A stretch of 60,674 nucleotides of DNA from a virus. Lineage: Duplodnaviria > Caudoviricetes. Each line of letters starts with the position of its first letter. The stretch's first letter is position 1. The notes beneath the pieces were generated by a model that had not been told where the DNA came from, ran no database searches, and saw nothing but the letters and a program-made list of their open reading frames with translations. The translations under genes were made by a program, and so were the position numbers. Shown here one piece after another: positions 7,928 through 17,071 of the stretch. The stretch covers positions 1 to 60,674 of IMG/VR virus record IMGVR_UViG_3300017774_001580. One strand, 5' to 3'.

Positions 7928-7953
7928 ATCGGGGTGCAGTATCCGACCAACTG
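7928..7953 (+). repeat. Intergenic 26-nt motif copy 2
   Basis: Identical to 4953-4978. Confidence 0.9.
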
Positions 7954-7987
7954 CAATTTTTATAAACAATCTTAAACATTAACAGCT

Positions 7988-8182
7988 ATGACAACTCAGA
8001 ATTCAGTATTGCCGTCTGAAAAGGCGAAAGAACTTATTAAGGATTACGGAATGAAAGGTGCTGACCTATTTTTGGTAGACCTACTTACAATATTGGTCTT
8101 CGACACTCAAAGTGTATCTTCAGTCAAAGATTTGATTGACTACTATACCTTAGTACAGCAGGAACTTCGCAAAATTCATTAA
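7988..8182 (+). CDS. Hypothetical early protein
   Basis: 64-aa ORF, AACAGCT-ATG context. Confidence 0.65.
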   Translation: MTTQNSVLPSEKAKELIKDYGMKGADLFLVDLLTILVFDTQSVSSVKDLIDYYTLVQQELRKIH

Positions 8183-8203
8183 CACTTAAAATACTATAAC
8201 ACA

Positions 8204-8386
8204 ATGGAAAAGTTTCCAATTTGTAGCGGTGGAAGAATAGTTTTCTACATCGACCTTAACATTGAAACCTTGATGATTTATGTCTCAAGAAAAACAGCAA
8301 ACAAAGTCCTATCCGCACACAATGATGGTATGCTTTGGGGTGCAAATCTGACTAAAAAAGGTAGGATTAAATTCATAATAATATGA
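8204..8386 (+). CDS. Hypothetical early protein
   Basis: 60-aa ORF with conserved upstream motif. Confidence 0.6.
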   Translation: MEKFPICSGGRIVFYIDLNIETLMIYVSRKTANKVLSAHNDGMLWGANLTKKGRIKFIII

Positions 8387-8625
8387 AAAAATACAAGAGG
8401 GCGATAAAGCTTAAAGAGTTTCTCCCTATCTACGAGAGTAGAAACAGCGATGTGGTCAAAGTAATTATGCCTTTGATGGAGCTAAGAAAGTATGAGCCGA
8501 TTGCGAAATTCAAACATCGGGTGATGCTGTTCAGAAATGATAATATCATCAAGGCATATTTCAATGACAATGGAAAGATTAAATATATGGTTCTTAACAA
8601 ATTAAACAAAGTAGCAACAATATGA
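8383..8625 (+). CDS. Hypothetical basic protein
   Basis: 80-aa ORF, ATGA overlaps. Confidence 0.6.
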   Translation: MKKYKRAIKLKEFLPIYESRNSDVVKVIMPLMELRKYEPIAKFKHRVMLFRNDNIIKAYFNDNGKIKYMVLNKLNKVATI

Positions 8626-8873
8626 GAGTTCAAATCAATGGAAAGAAATTAGAAATCGATGGATGGTACTATGCCGGATTTAAATCTAGAGACAGACTTG
8701 AACCCGATGAACCACAAGAATTCATCATTGACCATATCACACTGCTCGAAGAGTTTGATGAGGTGGACGATGACATCTATCAAAATATGGATTACGATCT
8801 TCAGCTTGAGTTCCTTGGCGTGACTGAGGAGGAGCTAAGCAATTATTTACTAAACTATTACTTAGACAAATGA
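8622..8873 (+). CDS. Hypothetical very acidic protein
   Basis: 83 aa, D/E-rich. Confidence 0.7.
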   Translation: MRVQINGKKLEIDGWYYAGFKSRDRLEPDEPQEFIIDHITLLEEFDEVDDDIYQNMDYDLQLEFLGVTEEELSNYLLNYYLDK

Positions 8874-8950
8874 AAAAGACAGATATAATCTTTGCAGTGT
8901 TCCTGCTGCTACTCGCTATCTATTACACACTAATATTCTTTAACAACTAA
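8870..8950 (+). CDS. 26-aa single-TM peptide (MKKTDIIFAVFLLLLAIYYTLIFFNN)
   Basis: Manual translation; ATGA overlap with previous stop. Confidence 0.55.
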   Translation: MKKTDIIFAVFLLLLAIYYTLIFFNN

Positions 8951-8960
8951 ATTTATAACA

Positions 8961-9167
8961 ATGAAGCATCTAATAAGTCTGACGTGCATTGTGGCATATG
9001 CAATTGTAACGTACTTTACAGCCAACTTTATTCTTCACTCCTTCTCTAATGCTGACTCTTTAGTCAGCATTGTTGAGGCGACGCTCACTACATTGATAAT
9101 ACTATTAGTGACATTACTAGCAGGATATTTTTGTGTTAAAATAATTACAGAAAAAGATACAATGTAA
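8961..9167 (+). CDS. Small 2-TM membrane protein
   Basis: 68 aa with two hydrophobic helices. Confidence 0.65.
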   Translation: MKHLISLTCIVAYAIVTYFTANFILHSFSNADSLVSIVEATLTTLIILLVTLLAGYFCVKIITEKDTM

Positions 9168-9215
9168 TAAACTTTTGCTACCTTTGTGGTACATTAATTA
9201 ATTAAATACAATACA

Positions 9216-9521
9216 ATGAAAAAGAAAATTTTTCTAGACTACCTTGACGCTGTGTGCAGTGTGTACGATATCTCTAGAGCGGACGTGCTGTCCAACAACA
9301 AGAAAAAAGAACTCTCTGAAGCAAGACATTGCTTGTACTACCTATGCCGAATGAGACCAATGAGAGTTACTGACATACAAAAGTATATCTCAGAGGTGAG
9401 TGAGTATGTGCCGTCCCACGTTCCTATCATTCGTGGTGTCAATAGAGTTAAGCAACTACTAGAGGAGGACAGAGATGTGGCTGTCATCCTGGAGCGAATC
9501 AAGAACAAAGTATTTATCTAA
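9216..9521 (+). CDS. DnaA C-terminal (domain IV)-like DNA-binding protein
   Basis: LDAVCSVYDISRADVLS..KKKELSEARHCLYYLCR...SHVPII resembles the Bac_DnaA_C pattern; TACCTTTG -7 element at 9179-9186. Confidence 0.65.
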   Translation: MKKKIFLDYLDAVCSVYDISRADVLSNNKKKELSEARHCLYYLCRMRPMRVTDIQKYISEVSEYVPSHVPIIRGVNRVKQLLEEDRDVAVILERIKNKVFI

Positions 9522-9542
9522 TCAAATCAAATTTAATTTATT

Positions 9543-10202
9543 ATGGCACAACAAAAGAACAGCGTTTTCGCTACGCTATCAGCGATCAATCTCAATGACA
9601 AGGTTGAGAAGAAAAGCAATCTGACCTACCTCTCGTGGACTTATGCGTGGTCTGAGGTCAAGAAGCATTATCCCGATGCCAACTATGAGGTGGTATTCTT
9701 CGATGATTTACCATATTCACATGACTACAAAACAGGTTATATGGTGTTCACCAAGGTGACCATCGAGGGGCAGACACATATGATGTGGCTACCGGTAATG
9801 GACGGAGCAAACAAGTCGATGAAAGATACTGAGTACAGCTATGCTACTCGCTACGGAGACAAGACGGTTGAGTCTGCGACAATGTTCGACATCAACAAAG
9901 CCATCATGCGCTGCTTGGTTAAGAACCTTGCGATGTTTGGCTTAGGCATCTACATCTATGCCGGTGAGGACTTGCCCGAAGGTGAGACTACTGCTCCGAC
10001 CATCACCTCTAAGCCTAAGGCTGAGGCGAAGCAATCGCTACCACTAGAGGTTGGCGATAGCAACTGGGCAAAGGTCTCAGCATATGTGAGCGACAATAAA
10101 GCCTCCGGCATTGAGGCAATTTTACAACAACTATCTCGTAAGTACAGCGTATCTGCTGCTACTAAGAAGGAGCTAGTAAAAATCATCAACAACAATGGAT
10201 AA
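9543..10202 (+). CDS. Single-strand annealing protein, Sak / DUF1071 family
   Basis: NLTYLSWTYAW, MWLPVMD, DINKAIMRCLVKNLAMFGLGIYIYAGEDLP. Confidence 0.85.
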   Translation: MAQQKNSVFATLSAINLNDKVEKKSNLTYLSWTYAWSEVKKHYPDANYEVVFFDDLPYSHDYKTGYMVFTKVTIEGQTHMMWLPVMDGANKSMKDTEYSYATRYGDKTVESATMFDINKAIMRCLVKNLAMFGLGIYIYAGEDLPEGETTAPTITSKPKAEAKQSLPLEVGDSNWAKVSAYVSDNKASGIEAILQQLSRKYSVSAATKKELVKIINNNG

Positions 10203-10929
10203 CATACTAGAGCTATTGCAAGACGATAAGGAGTACTACAGAGGGGTTGGACGGAACTATCTGTCCAACTCCGACATAGGGTCTCTGTTAGGTAACCCAA
10301 ATGAATTTGGAAAGCCTCGTGCTGACAACAAATCATTTGCTGAGGGGAGATACTTCCATCAGCTGATACTAGAGCCTGACAAGGCAGCAGAGACACCCTT
10401 CGTTGATGCATCGACAAGGACAACCAACATCTATAAAAACTTTTGCGAGGACAATAACTTTGAGTACGTCCTGCTATGGAAAGAGATGAAGGAGATACAA
10501 GGTTTGGTGGCTACGATGAAAAAGAATATCACGTTTTACGACATGATTTATGCCGATGGCAACAAGTTTGAAGTTCCTGCATTTGCTGAGATACAAGGGG
10601 AGATGTGGAAAGGAAAGGCAGATATTGTATGCGATGATAGTTTGATAGACCTAAAAACTACGAGCGACATCAACAAGTTCAAATGGTCGGCTAAGTCTTA
10701 CAACTATGACAGCCAGTGCTACATCTACCAAGAGCTTTTCGGCAAGCCATTGGCATTCTTGGTGATCGATAAGGTCACTGCTCAGCTAGGGATCTTTAAG
10801 CCATCGTATGACTTTGTAAAGGGTGGCGAAGCTAAGGTCACCAAGGCGATTGAGGTGTATAGAAAATATTTCGGGGCTAACCCACAGGACGATGTTGTCA
10901 ATTACTTTATTAACGAAACATTGTTCTAA
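10195..10929 (+). CDS. RecE / Exonuclease VIII-like PD-(D/E)xK nuclease (DUF3799-like)
   Basis: YLSNSDI, GRYFHQLILEP, KGKAD...IDLKTT, YNYDSQ; adjacent to the SSAP. Confidence 0.8.
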   Translation: MDNILELLQDDKEYYRGVGRNYLSNSDIGSLLGNPNEFGKPRADNKSFAEGRYFHQLILEPDKAAETPFVDASTRTTNIYKNFCEDNNFEYVLLWKEMKEIQGLVATMKKNITFYDMIYADGNKFEVPAFAEIQGEMWKGKADIVCDDSLIDLKTTSDINKFKWSAKSYNYDSQCYIYQELFGKPLAFLVIDKVTAQLGIFKPSYDFVKGGEAKVTKAIEVYRKYFGANPQDDVVNYFINETLF

Positions 10930-11573
10930 TGGCTTATCTGAATCACGATATACCAACAATCACTTGCTATCTGAGAAATCAGTTTATGTTCAACCACGAG
11001 AATGGCTTCGATGAATTTACGCTATGCGATGTACACTGCGTAGCGTCAATTGAGAAGAGAACACCTCTGTTCGAAGCCTTTTTAGAAAATGGGGTCAACT
11101 GGACAAGAAGACCAATCCATGCATTCTGTTGGAGGAAAGATGCTGAGGTACTGCCATTGTCAGAGCATATCTATTGGGACTGCTTTAGCAGTTACATCTC
11201 TGTACAGACAAGGTCACGGATGATTGGACTGAGTGCTGACTTAATCTCCATTACCGGAGTGAAGCGACAAGGAAATTATCTCTTTACTCTTGATTGGTCA
11301 CACGAGAATCGATCGATGCTTGACACCAACTTCAGCGAGACACCTGAGCATAAGTGCGCTCATCTTTTCAAGATGGACAATGGCAACTACTTTCTCTATC
11401 CCAACAACCGGATCATATGGATGGACAATGCTTGGACGTACAATAGGATTGACAAGAACCCTGGGTACAAGATTGACATGAACATTTACTCTGCTGAGCA
11501 GAAGGGTGGCTACGAGACGGACAATAACTACATAACAAATTTCGAAGATGATACTAAAATCAATAGTAAATAA
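10929..11573 (+). CDS. Conserved phage hypothetical protein
   Basis: 214 aa; PIHAF, YWDCFS, YLFTLDW, EHKCAH, PNNRI motifs; function unknown. Confidence 0.75.
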   Translation: MAYLNHDIPTITCYLRNQFMFNHENGFDEFTLCDVHCVASIEKRTPLFEAFLENGVNWTRRPIHAFCWRKDAEVLPLSEHIYWDCFSSYISVQTRSRMIGLSADLISITGVKRQGNYLFTLDWSHENRSMLDTNFSETPEHKCAHLFKMDNGNYFLYPNNRIIWMDNAWTYNRIDKNPGYKIDMNIYSAEQKGGYETDNNYITNFEDDTKINSK

Positions 11574-11940
11574 TTGTAATGTACACCTAAAGCCATCCTT
11601 GGTATGTGATGGCGTTGGAGTCTTTGCATTGGTTGACATAAAGAAGGGGACAATTCTTTTTGGAGATATAAATCCCGATGTGGACTACATCTCATTCGAT
11701 GAGCTTTCAGATATACCAATCGAGGTAATAAATTATCTCAAAAGCATTTGCAATAATGACAAGAAAGGAGTATATTTGAGCCGTACTATCTCAGCTATCA
11801 ATGTCAGCTACTATGTAAACCATTCGCAAGACTTCAACGTCAGTCACGATTTGAGCATCGACAGATACATAACTACAAGAGACATATTGAAGGGCGAAGA
11901 GATCCTTTGCCTATACCATTATAACGAAATTGATTGGTAA
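11548..11940 (+). CDS. SET-domain protein-lysine methyltransferase
   Basis: GVGVFA..DIKKG (motif I), YVNHS..FN (NHS motif), RDILKGEEILCLY (C-terminal motif with Tyr). Confidence 0.85.
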   Translation: MILKSIVNNCNVHLKPSLVCDGVGVFALVDIKKGTILFGDINPDVDYISFDELSDIPIEVINYLKSICNNDKKGVYLSRTISAINVSYYVNHSQDFNVSHDLSIDRYITTRDILKGEEILCLYHYNEIDW

Positions 11941-11963
11941 CTTTTTAAATTAAATCTAATACA

Positions 11964-12272
11964 ATGGAAGAGAAAATATTTGCAAATGGTTTCAGTTTTA
12001 AGCGTAATGAGAACGCTCCTGAATTTGTTGTTGGTCGCTTGTCAATGAAGATTGATGATGCCATCGAGTTCATGAAACAGAACCAAAAGAATGGTTGGAT
12101 AAACCTAGACGTAAAAAAAGCCCGTACAGGCAACTTTTATATAGAGTTGGATACATACATCCCGAAGCAGGGTGAAAGTCCAACAGAAGCCAAAAGAATC
12201 ACATCTAAGGCACAATCTCCTAAAACATCCAACAAGGAGATGTTTGATGATGATGACGATATTCCATTTTAG
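11964..12272 (+). CDS. Putative single-stranded DNA-binding protein
   Basis: Beta-rich small domain plus acidic tail DDDDDIPF; between recombination and replication genes. Confidence 0.65.
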   Translation: MEEKIFANGFSFKRNENAPEFVVGRLSMKIDDAIEFMKQNQKNGWINLDVKKARTGNFYIELDTYIPKQGESPTEAKRITSKAQSPKTSNKEMFDDDDDIPF

Positions 12273-12296
12273 TTTAGTGTGTTAATAGTGTTTCAG

Positions 12297-12322
12297 AGGG
12301 GAGTTAATAGCTCCCCTTTTTT
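12297..12322 (+). terminator. Rho-independent terminator
   Basis: AGGGGAG-TTAATAG-CTCCCCT followed by a T run. Confidence 0.85.
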
Positions 12323-12336
12323 ACCAACTGAAAATT

Positions 12337-12521
12337 CGATTTTAAAATCCCTATATTCTCTCTTATATTTTTATTACTATTTATATTTTTTATTATATAC
12401 ATATAGTAAAATCGACATTTTCGACATTAAATAAATAATATAATAATAATCAATAAGTTATAAAAAATTTATTGACATTTTATTGACACTAAAAATACAT
12501 AAAACTATAAAATTATGTCGA
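12337..12521. other. Origin-like element copy B, directly upstream of the primase-helicase
   Basis: TYGACA at 12412, 12421, 12472, 12483; inverted ATGTCGA at 12515 over the start codon; AATCAATAAGTTA at 12448-12460 matches IHF consensus; AT-rich tract. Confidence 0.65.
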
Positions 12522-14917
12522 ATATAACCATATTCCAAAATATAAAGGACACTGATACCCCCTTCCATCGAGACCCTAAAGTGATACTCGAAAGAATTAG
12601 AGAGGGTGCGTCCAAGGAAATCGTTAAGCAAATCAGAGGCGAAAAGAACAAATCTGAGCGCAACGAGATCAAAAAATTACTACCTGCTATCTGTTTCTCC
12701 GGTACATTTAAGAAGCGAGCGGACAATGCCCTGCTAGAGCATAGTGGTCTAATATGCCTAGACTTTGATGGCTACGAGAAACAAAAGGATCTACTGCACG
12801 ATAAGGAGACCCTGAGCAAAAGCAAATACGTCTTCTCAGTATTCATATCGCCATCAGGCAATGGCCTAAAGGTATTGGTAAAGATTCCTGCTGACCCAGA
12901 CAACCACGGTAACTATTTCAATAGCCTCGAGAAGCACTTCAACTCAAAGTACTTTGACAAGACATCTAAGAACATAAGTCGAGTGTGCTACGAGTCCTAT
13001 GACCCACTCATCTATGTCAATGAGAAATCCTCAATATGGGACCTAATCGAGGAGCCTGAGTATAGCGAGGTGGTTAAGTACAAAGATAAGCCAACAATAC
13101 CCATCTCAGATGAAAATAAAATAGTTGACATCTTAGTCAAATGGTGGACGAAAAAGTACCCAATGATTGAGGGACAACGTAACCACAACACCTACATCCT
13201 TGCGATGGCATTGAATGACTTTGGTGTCAACAAGAGCCTAGCCTCATACGTCCTAAACCAATACGCTACCGCTGACTTCAGCGTAAGGGAGATAGCCCAG
13301 GTGATTGACTCGGCATACAAAAACGTAGCCAACTTTGGGAGTAAGTACTACGAGGACGAGGAGCAGGTGAACACCATCAGAGCAAAGGTTAGAAGGGGTG
13401 TACCAAAAAAGGAGATACGCTATCAAATGACTCAAGACTCCAATATTGATGGCGATATAATTGACGCTGTCCTTGATAAGATTGAGGAGGAGAACTCAAA
13501 AATATCATTTTGGACTAAGTCTGACAAGGGGTCAATTAAGATAGATCACCTGCTATTCAAAAACTTCTTAGAGGACTCAGGGTTCTATAAGTACTTTCCG
13601 GAGGGTAGCAAGAACTATATCTTCATCAGGGTAACAAACAACCTGATTGACCATACCTCTGAGAAGGAGATAAAGGACTACATCCTGACCTACCTATTGG
13701 ATATGGATGACGTGTCAGTGTATAACTATTTTGCTGATCAAACTAGATTCTTTAAAGAAGAGTTCTTATCCCTGCTCTCAACTATCGAGATATATTTCAT
13801 TGAGGATACCAAGAACAGCTCGTACATCTACTATAAGAACTGCGCTGTCAAGATCACCAAGGATGAGATACGAACCATTGACTACTTGGATCTAGGTGGC
13901 TATGTATGGAAAGACCATGTCATTGACCGGAACTTTGTCATCTGCAACATAACTGAGCAGTGCGACTTTAGGACATTCATCCACAACATCAACTCCAAGG
14001 ATAGGTCACGCATCGCATCGATGGAGAGTACCATTGGATTTTTGATGCATGGATATAAGAACCTATCGTTCTGTCCTGCTGTCATTTTCAATGATGAGGT
14101 GATAAGCGATAACCCTGAGGGTGGCACCGGCAAAGGTCTTATCATCAATGCCCTTGGCAAGATGAAAAAGGTAGTGACAATCGATGGTAAGCTGTTCGAC
14201 TTTCAAAAGTCATTTGCCTATCAGTTGGTGTCGGCCGACACACAGATACTTGTCTTTGATGACGTGAAGAAACACTTTGAGTTTGAGCGACTCTTCTCCA
14301 TCATCACTGAGGGATTGACCCTTGAGAAGAAGAATAAGGACGCTATCAAGATACCACTGAGCAAGTCACCAAAGATAGCCATCACTACCAACTATGCCAT
14401 CAAGGGTGCAGGAAACTCATTCGAGAGACGTAAGTGGGAGCTAGAGCTACACCAGTACTACAGCAAGTCATTCACACCACTCGATGAGTTTGGGAAGATG
14501 ATGTTTGGGGATTGGGACGATGTTGACTGGTGCGAGTTTGACAACTACATGATACGCTGTTTGCAGAACTATTTAGATACCGGTCTAGTCAAGACTACCC
14601 ATGTCAATCTAAATGTGCGTAAGCTATCTGCTGAGACCTGCCATGAGTTCATTGAGTGGTGTGGTCTAGTAAAAGGCTCTGAGAATAACCACAATGTCAT
14701 TACCGGCAAGAGGCTCTATAAGAATGAGCTGTACTATCGATTCGTTGAGGAGTACCCTGACTATGGTGCTAAGAGCAAGATGACAATCAGCAGGACAAAG
14801 TTCTACAAATGGCTTGTCGCTTATGCACTCTTCAAGGAGGGTGTGATGCCTGAGGAGGGACGTGACCAACTAGGCAGATGGATTATTTTAAAAACTAAAG
14901 ACACAATTGATATCTAA
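12515..14917 (+). CDS. Primase-helicase: BT4734/VirE-N-like primase, PriCT-like domain, P-loop helicase
   Basis: HSGLICLDFD and FISPSGNGLK (primase), EGQRN (PriCT), GGTGKG Walker A, ILVFDD Walker B, ITTN, SFERR. Confidence 0.88.
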   Translation: MSNITIFQNIKDTDTPFHRDPKVILERIREGASKEIVKQIRGEKNKSERNEIKKLLPAICFSGTFKKRADNALLEHSGLICLDFDGYEKQKDLLHDKETLSKSKYVFSVFISPSGNGLKVLVKIPADPDNHGNYFNSLEKHFNSKYFDKTSKNISRVCYESYDPLIYVNEKSSIWDLIEEPEYSEVVKYKDKPTIPISDENKIVDILVKWWTKKYPMIEGQRNHNTYILAMALNDFGVNKSLASYVLNQYATADFSVREIAQVIDSAYKNVANFGSKYYEDEEQVNTIRAKVRRGVPKKEIRYQMTQDSNIDGDIIDAVLDKIEEENSKISFWTKSDKGSIKIDHLLFKNFLEDSGFYKYFPEGSKNYIFIRVTNNLIDHTSEKEIKDYILTYLLDMDDVSVYNYFADQTRFFKEEFLSLLSTIEIYFIEDTKNSSYIYYKNCAVKITKDEIRTIDYLDLGGYVWKDHVIDRNFVICNITEQCDFRTFIHNINSKDRSRIASMESTIGFLMHGYKNLSFCPAVIFNDEVISDNPEGGTGKGLIINALGKMKKVVTIDGKLFDFQKSFAYQLVSADTQILVFDDVKKHFEFERLFSIITEGLTLEKKNKDAIKIPLSKSPKIAITTNYAIKGAGNSFERRKWELELHQYYSKSFTPLDEFGKMMFGDWDDVDWCEFDNYMIRCLQNYLDTGLVKTTHVNLNVRKLSAETCHEFIEWCGLVKGSENNHNVITGKRLYKNELYYRFVEEYPDYGAKSKMTISRTKFYKWLVAYALFKEGVMPEEGRDQLGRWIILKTKDTIDI

Positions 14918-14918
14918 T

Positions 14919-15599
14919 ATGGCAAAAGTACTAATAGCTTGTGAAGAAAGCCAAGCAACAACAAAAGCATTCAGAGATCTAGGGCACGAGGCATACTCTT
15001 GCGACCTACTACCTTGTAGCGGTGGTCATCCTGAGTGGCATTACCAATGCGACATCTTCGAGGTGATAAACCAAGGGTGGGATTTAATGATCGGTCATCC
15101 TCCCTGCACATTTTTAACAGTGAGTGGTGTAGCTTGGCTATCTCATCCTGAGGACACTCGTCTTCCGTTTGAGCAGAGAAGACCACATCCAAGATATCCT
15201 AACAGAAGAAATGATATGCTTGATAGCATAGAATTCGTAAAGGCCTTGTATAACTCAGACATAAAGCATATAGCTATTGAGAATCCGGTAGGACTACTTA
15301 GTAGTAAATGGCGTAAGCCTGACCAAATTATACAGCCTTATATGTTTGGAGACAAAGCTACCAAGACTACCTGCCTATGGCTTAAAAATCTTCCTCTGTT
15401 AACTCCAACTGACATAGTTGATAAAGGTGAGAGATTTGAATGGGTAGATGGGAAAACAGGCAGGATAAAGAGTCAACCATTATGGTATTATGAGGCGCTA
15501 TCAAAGTCAAAGACAAAGCAAGAGAGACAGACATTGCGTAGTAAAACATTTCCAGGAATGGCTAGAGCATTTGCCGAACAATGGGGTAATATTTTATAA
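14919..15599 (+). CDS. DNA cytosine-5 methyltransferase-like protein
   Basis: VLIACEES, YSCDL, DLMIGHPPCT (catalytic PC), IENPVG, KTTCLWLKNLP, RSKTFPG. Confidence 0.8.
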   Translation: MAKVLIACEESQATTKAFRDLGHEAYSCDLLPCSGGHPEWHYQCDIFEVINQGWDLMIGHPPCTFLTVSGVAWLSHPEDTRLPFEQRRPHPRYPNRRNDMLDSIEFVKALYNSDIKHIAIENPVGLLSSKWRKPDQIIQPYMFGDKATKTTCLWLKNLPLLTPTDIVDKGERFEWVDGKTGRIKSQPLWYYEALSKSKTKQERQTLRSKTFPGMARAFAEQWGNIL

Positions 15600-15616
15600 A
15601 ACTAAACACATCTAAA

Positions 15617-17071
15617 ATGGACATACTAGAAAAGCCAAGCTATCTCTCCAACAAGGAGATGCTAGAAAGATGCCTCCTACTTAAAAAAGTTCTCGATGCC
15701 AAGACTGAGAAACAGATAGGTAGAGGCAAAACAACACAGACAATACAAGCAAATAAGTACGACATCAATACCTTGCACTACAAACGCATAGCCAATAGCT
15801 GCGAGCATTACCAAAAGAAAGTTGACATGGAGACATCATCAGGCATTACGTTCAGAGACTACCAACTCGACATCATCGAGCAAGGCACAGCAATCCTACA
15901 AGCTAGTGGGTTCTTATACCTTGCAATGGAGGTTCGTACCGGTAAGACCCTAACATCTCTTGGCATAGCCAAAAACATTGACGCAAAGAATGTCCTATTC
16001 ATCACCAAGAAGAAAGCCATCAGCTCAATACAGTCCGACTACAATATGCTGTCCTGCTCCTTCGACATTCAGATCATAAACTATGAGAGCCTGCATCTCG
16101 TAGCTGACAACGAGCAGTGGGATCTAATCATCTGCGATGAGGCGCATAGCATGGGCGCATTCCCGAAGCCATCCAACAGAGCTGTCGCTGTCAAAGACCT
16201 ACTCAAGAAGTATAAGTCCAAAGTCATCCTGCTGTCAGGCACACCGACCCCTGAGTCATACTGCCAAATGTACCATCAGGTGTATGGCATCAAGGGTAAC
16301 CCATTCTCTGAGTACAAAAACTTCTACCGCTTCTGCGATGACTATGTCAACATCAAGGAGCGCAAGATAAATGGTCTTATAATTAAGGACTACTCCGGTG
16401 GCAACACCTCAATACTTGACGAGATGCGACCATACACCATCAACTACACTCAGGCTGAGGCAGGGTTCCTTAGCAAGGTAAATGAGACCATACTTCAAGT
16501 AGAGCTACAGCCAAAGACCTACGAGCTAATGCTAAAGCTTAAAAGAGATTTGGTTATCCAGGGTAAGGGTGAGACAGTACTTGCAGATACTCCTGTAAAA
16601 TTATTGTCAAAAGTACACCAACTTTGCTCAGGAACTATTAAATTTGAGAGCGGAAATTCAATGGTACTTGATACGAGCAAGGCAGAGTTTATTAAAGAAC
16701 ATTTCAAGGGTAAGAAGATTGGCATCTTCTACAAGTTCAAGGAGGAACTGAATGCCCTGAAGAAAGTTTTTGATGATAGTTTGACTACAGAGCTTGACGT
16801 GTTCAACGCAACCGACAAACACATTGCGCTGCAAATTGTCTCTGGGCGTGAGGGGATTTCCCTAAAGGCTGCCGACTGCTTGGTGTTCTATAACATTGAC
16901 TTCAGTGCAACGAGCTATTGGCAGTCCAAGGATCGGATGACCACCAAGGACCGACTCGTCAATGACGTGTACTGGATATTCGCAGTTGGTGGTATAGAGT
17001 TTGACATATACAAAGCAGTGACAGCAAAATTAGATTACACCGTTTCACATTTCAAAAAACTATTACTATGA
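15617..17071 (+). CDS. SF2 (SNF2-like) helicase with about 75-aa N-terminal extension
   Basis: FRDYQ, MEVRTGKT, DEAH, LSGTP, SGREGISL, QSKDR. Confidence 0.85.
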   Translation: MDILEKPSYLSNKEMLERCLLLKKVLDAKTEKQIGRGKTTQTIQANKYDINTLHYKRIANSCEHYQKKVDMETSSGITFRDYQLDIIEQGTAILQASGFLYLAMEVRTGKTLTSLGIAKNIDAKNVLFITKKKAISSIQSDYNMLSCSFDIQIINYESLHLVADNEQWDLIICDEAHSMGAFPKPSNRAVAVKDLLKKYKSKVILLSGTPTPESYCQMYHQVYGIKGNPFSEYKNFYRFCDDYVNIKERKINGLIIKDYSGGNTSILDEMRPYTINYTQAEAGFLSKVNETILQVELQPKTYELMLKLKRDLVIQGKGETVLADTPVKLLSKVHQLCSGTIKFESGNSMVLDTSKAEFIKEHFKGKKIGIFYKFKEELNALKKVFDDSLTTELDVFNATDKHIALQIVSGREGISLKAADCLVFYNIDFSATSYWQSKDRMTTKDRLVNDVYWIFAVGGIEFDIYKAVTAKLDYTVSHFKKLLL

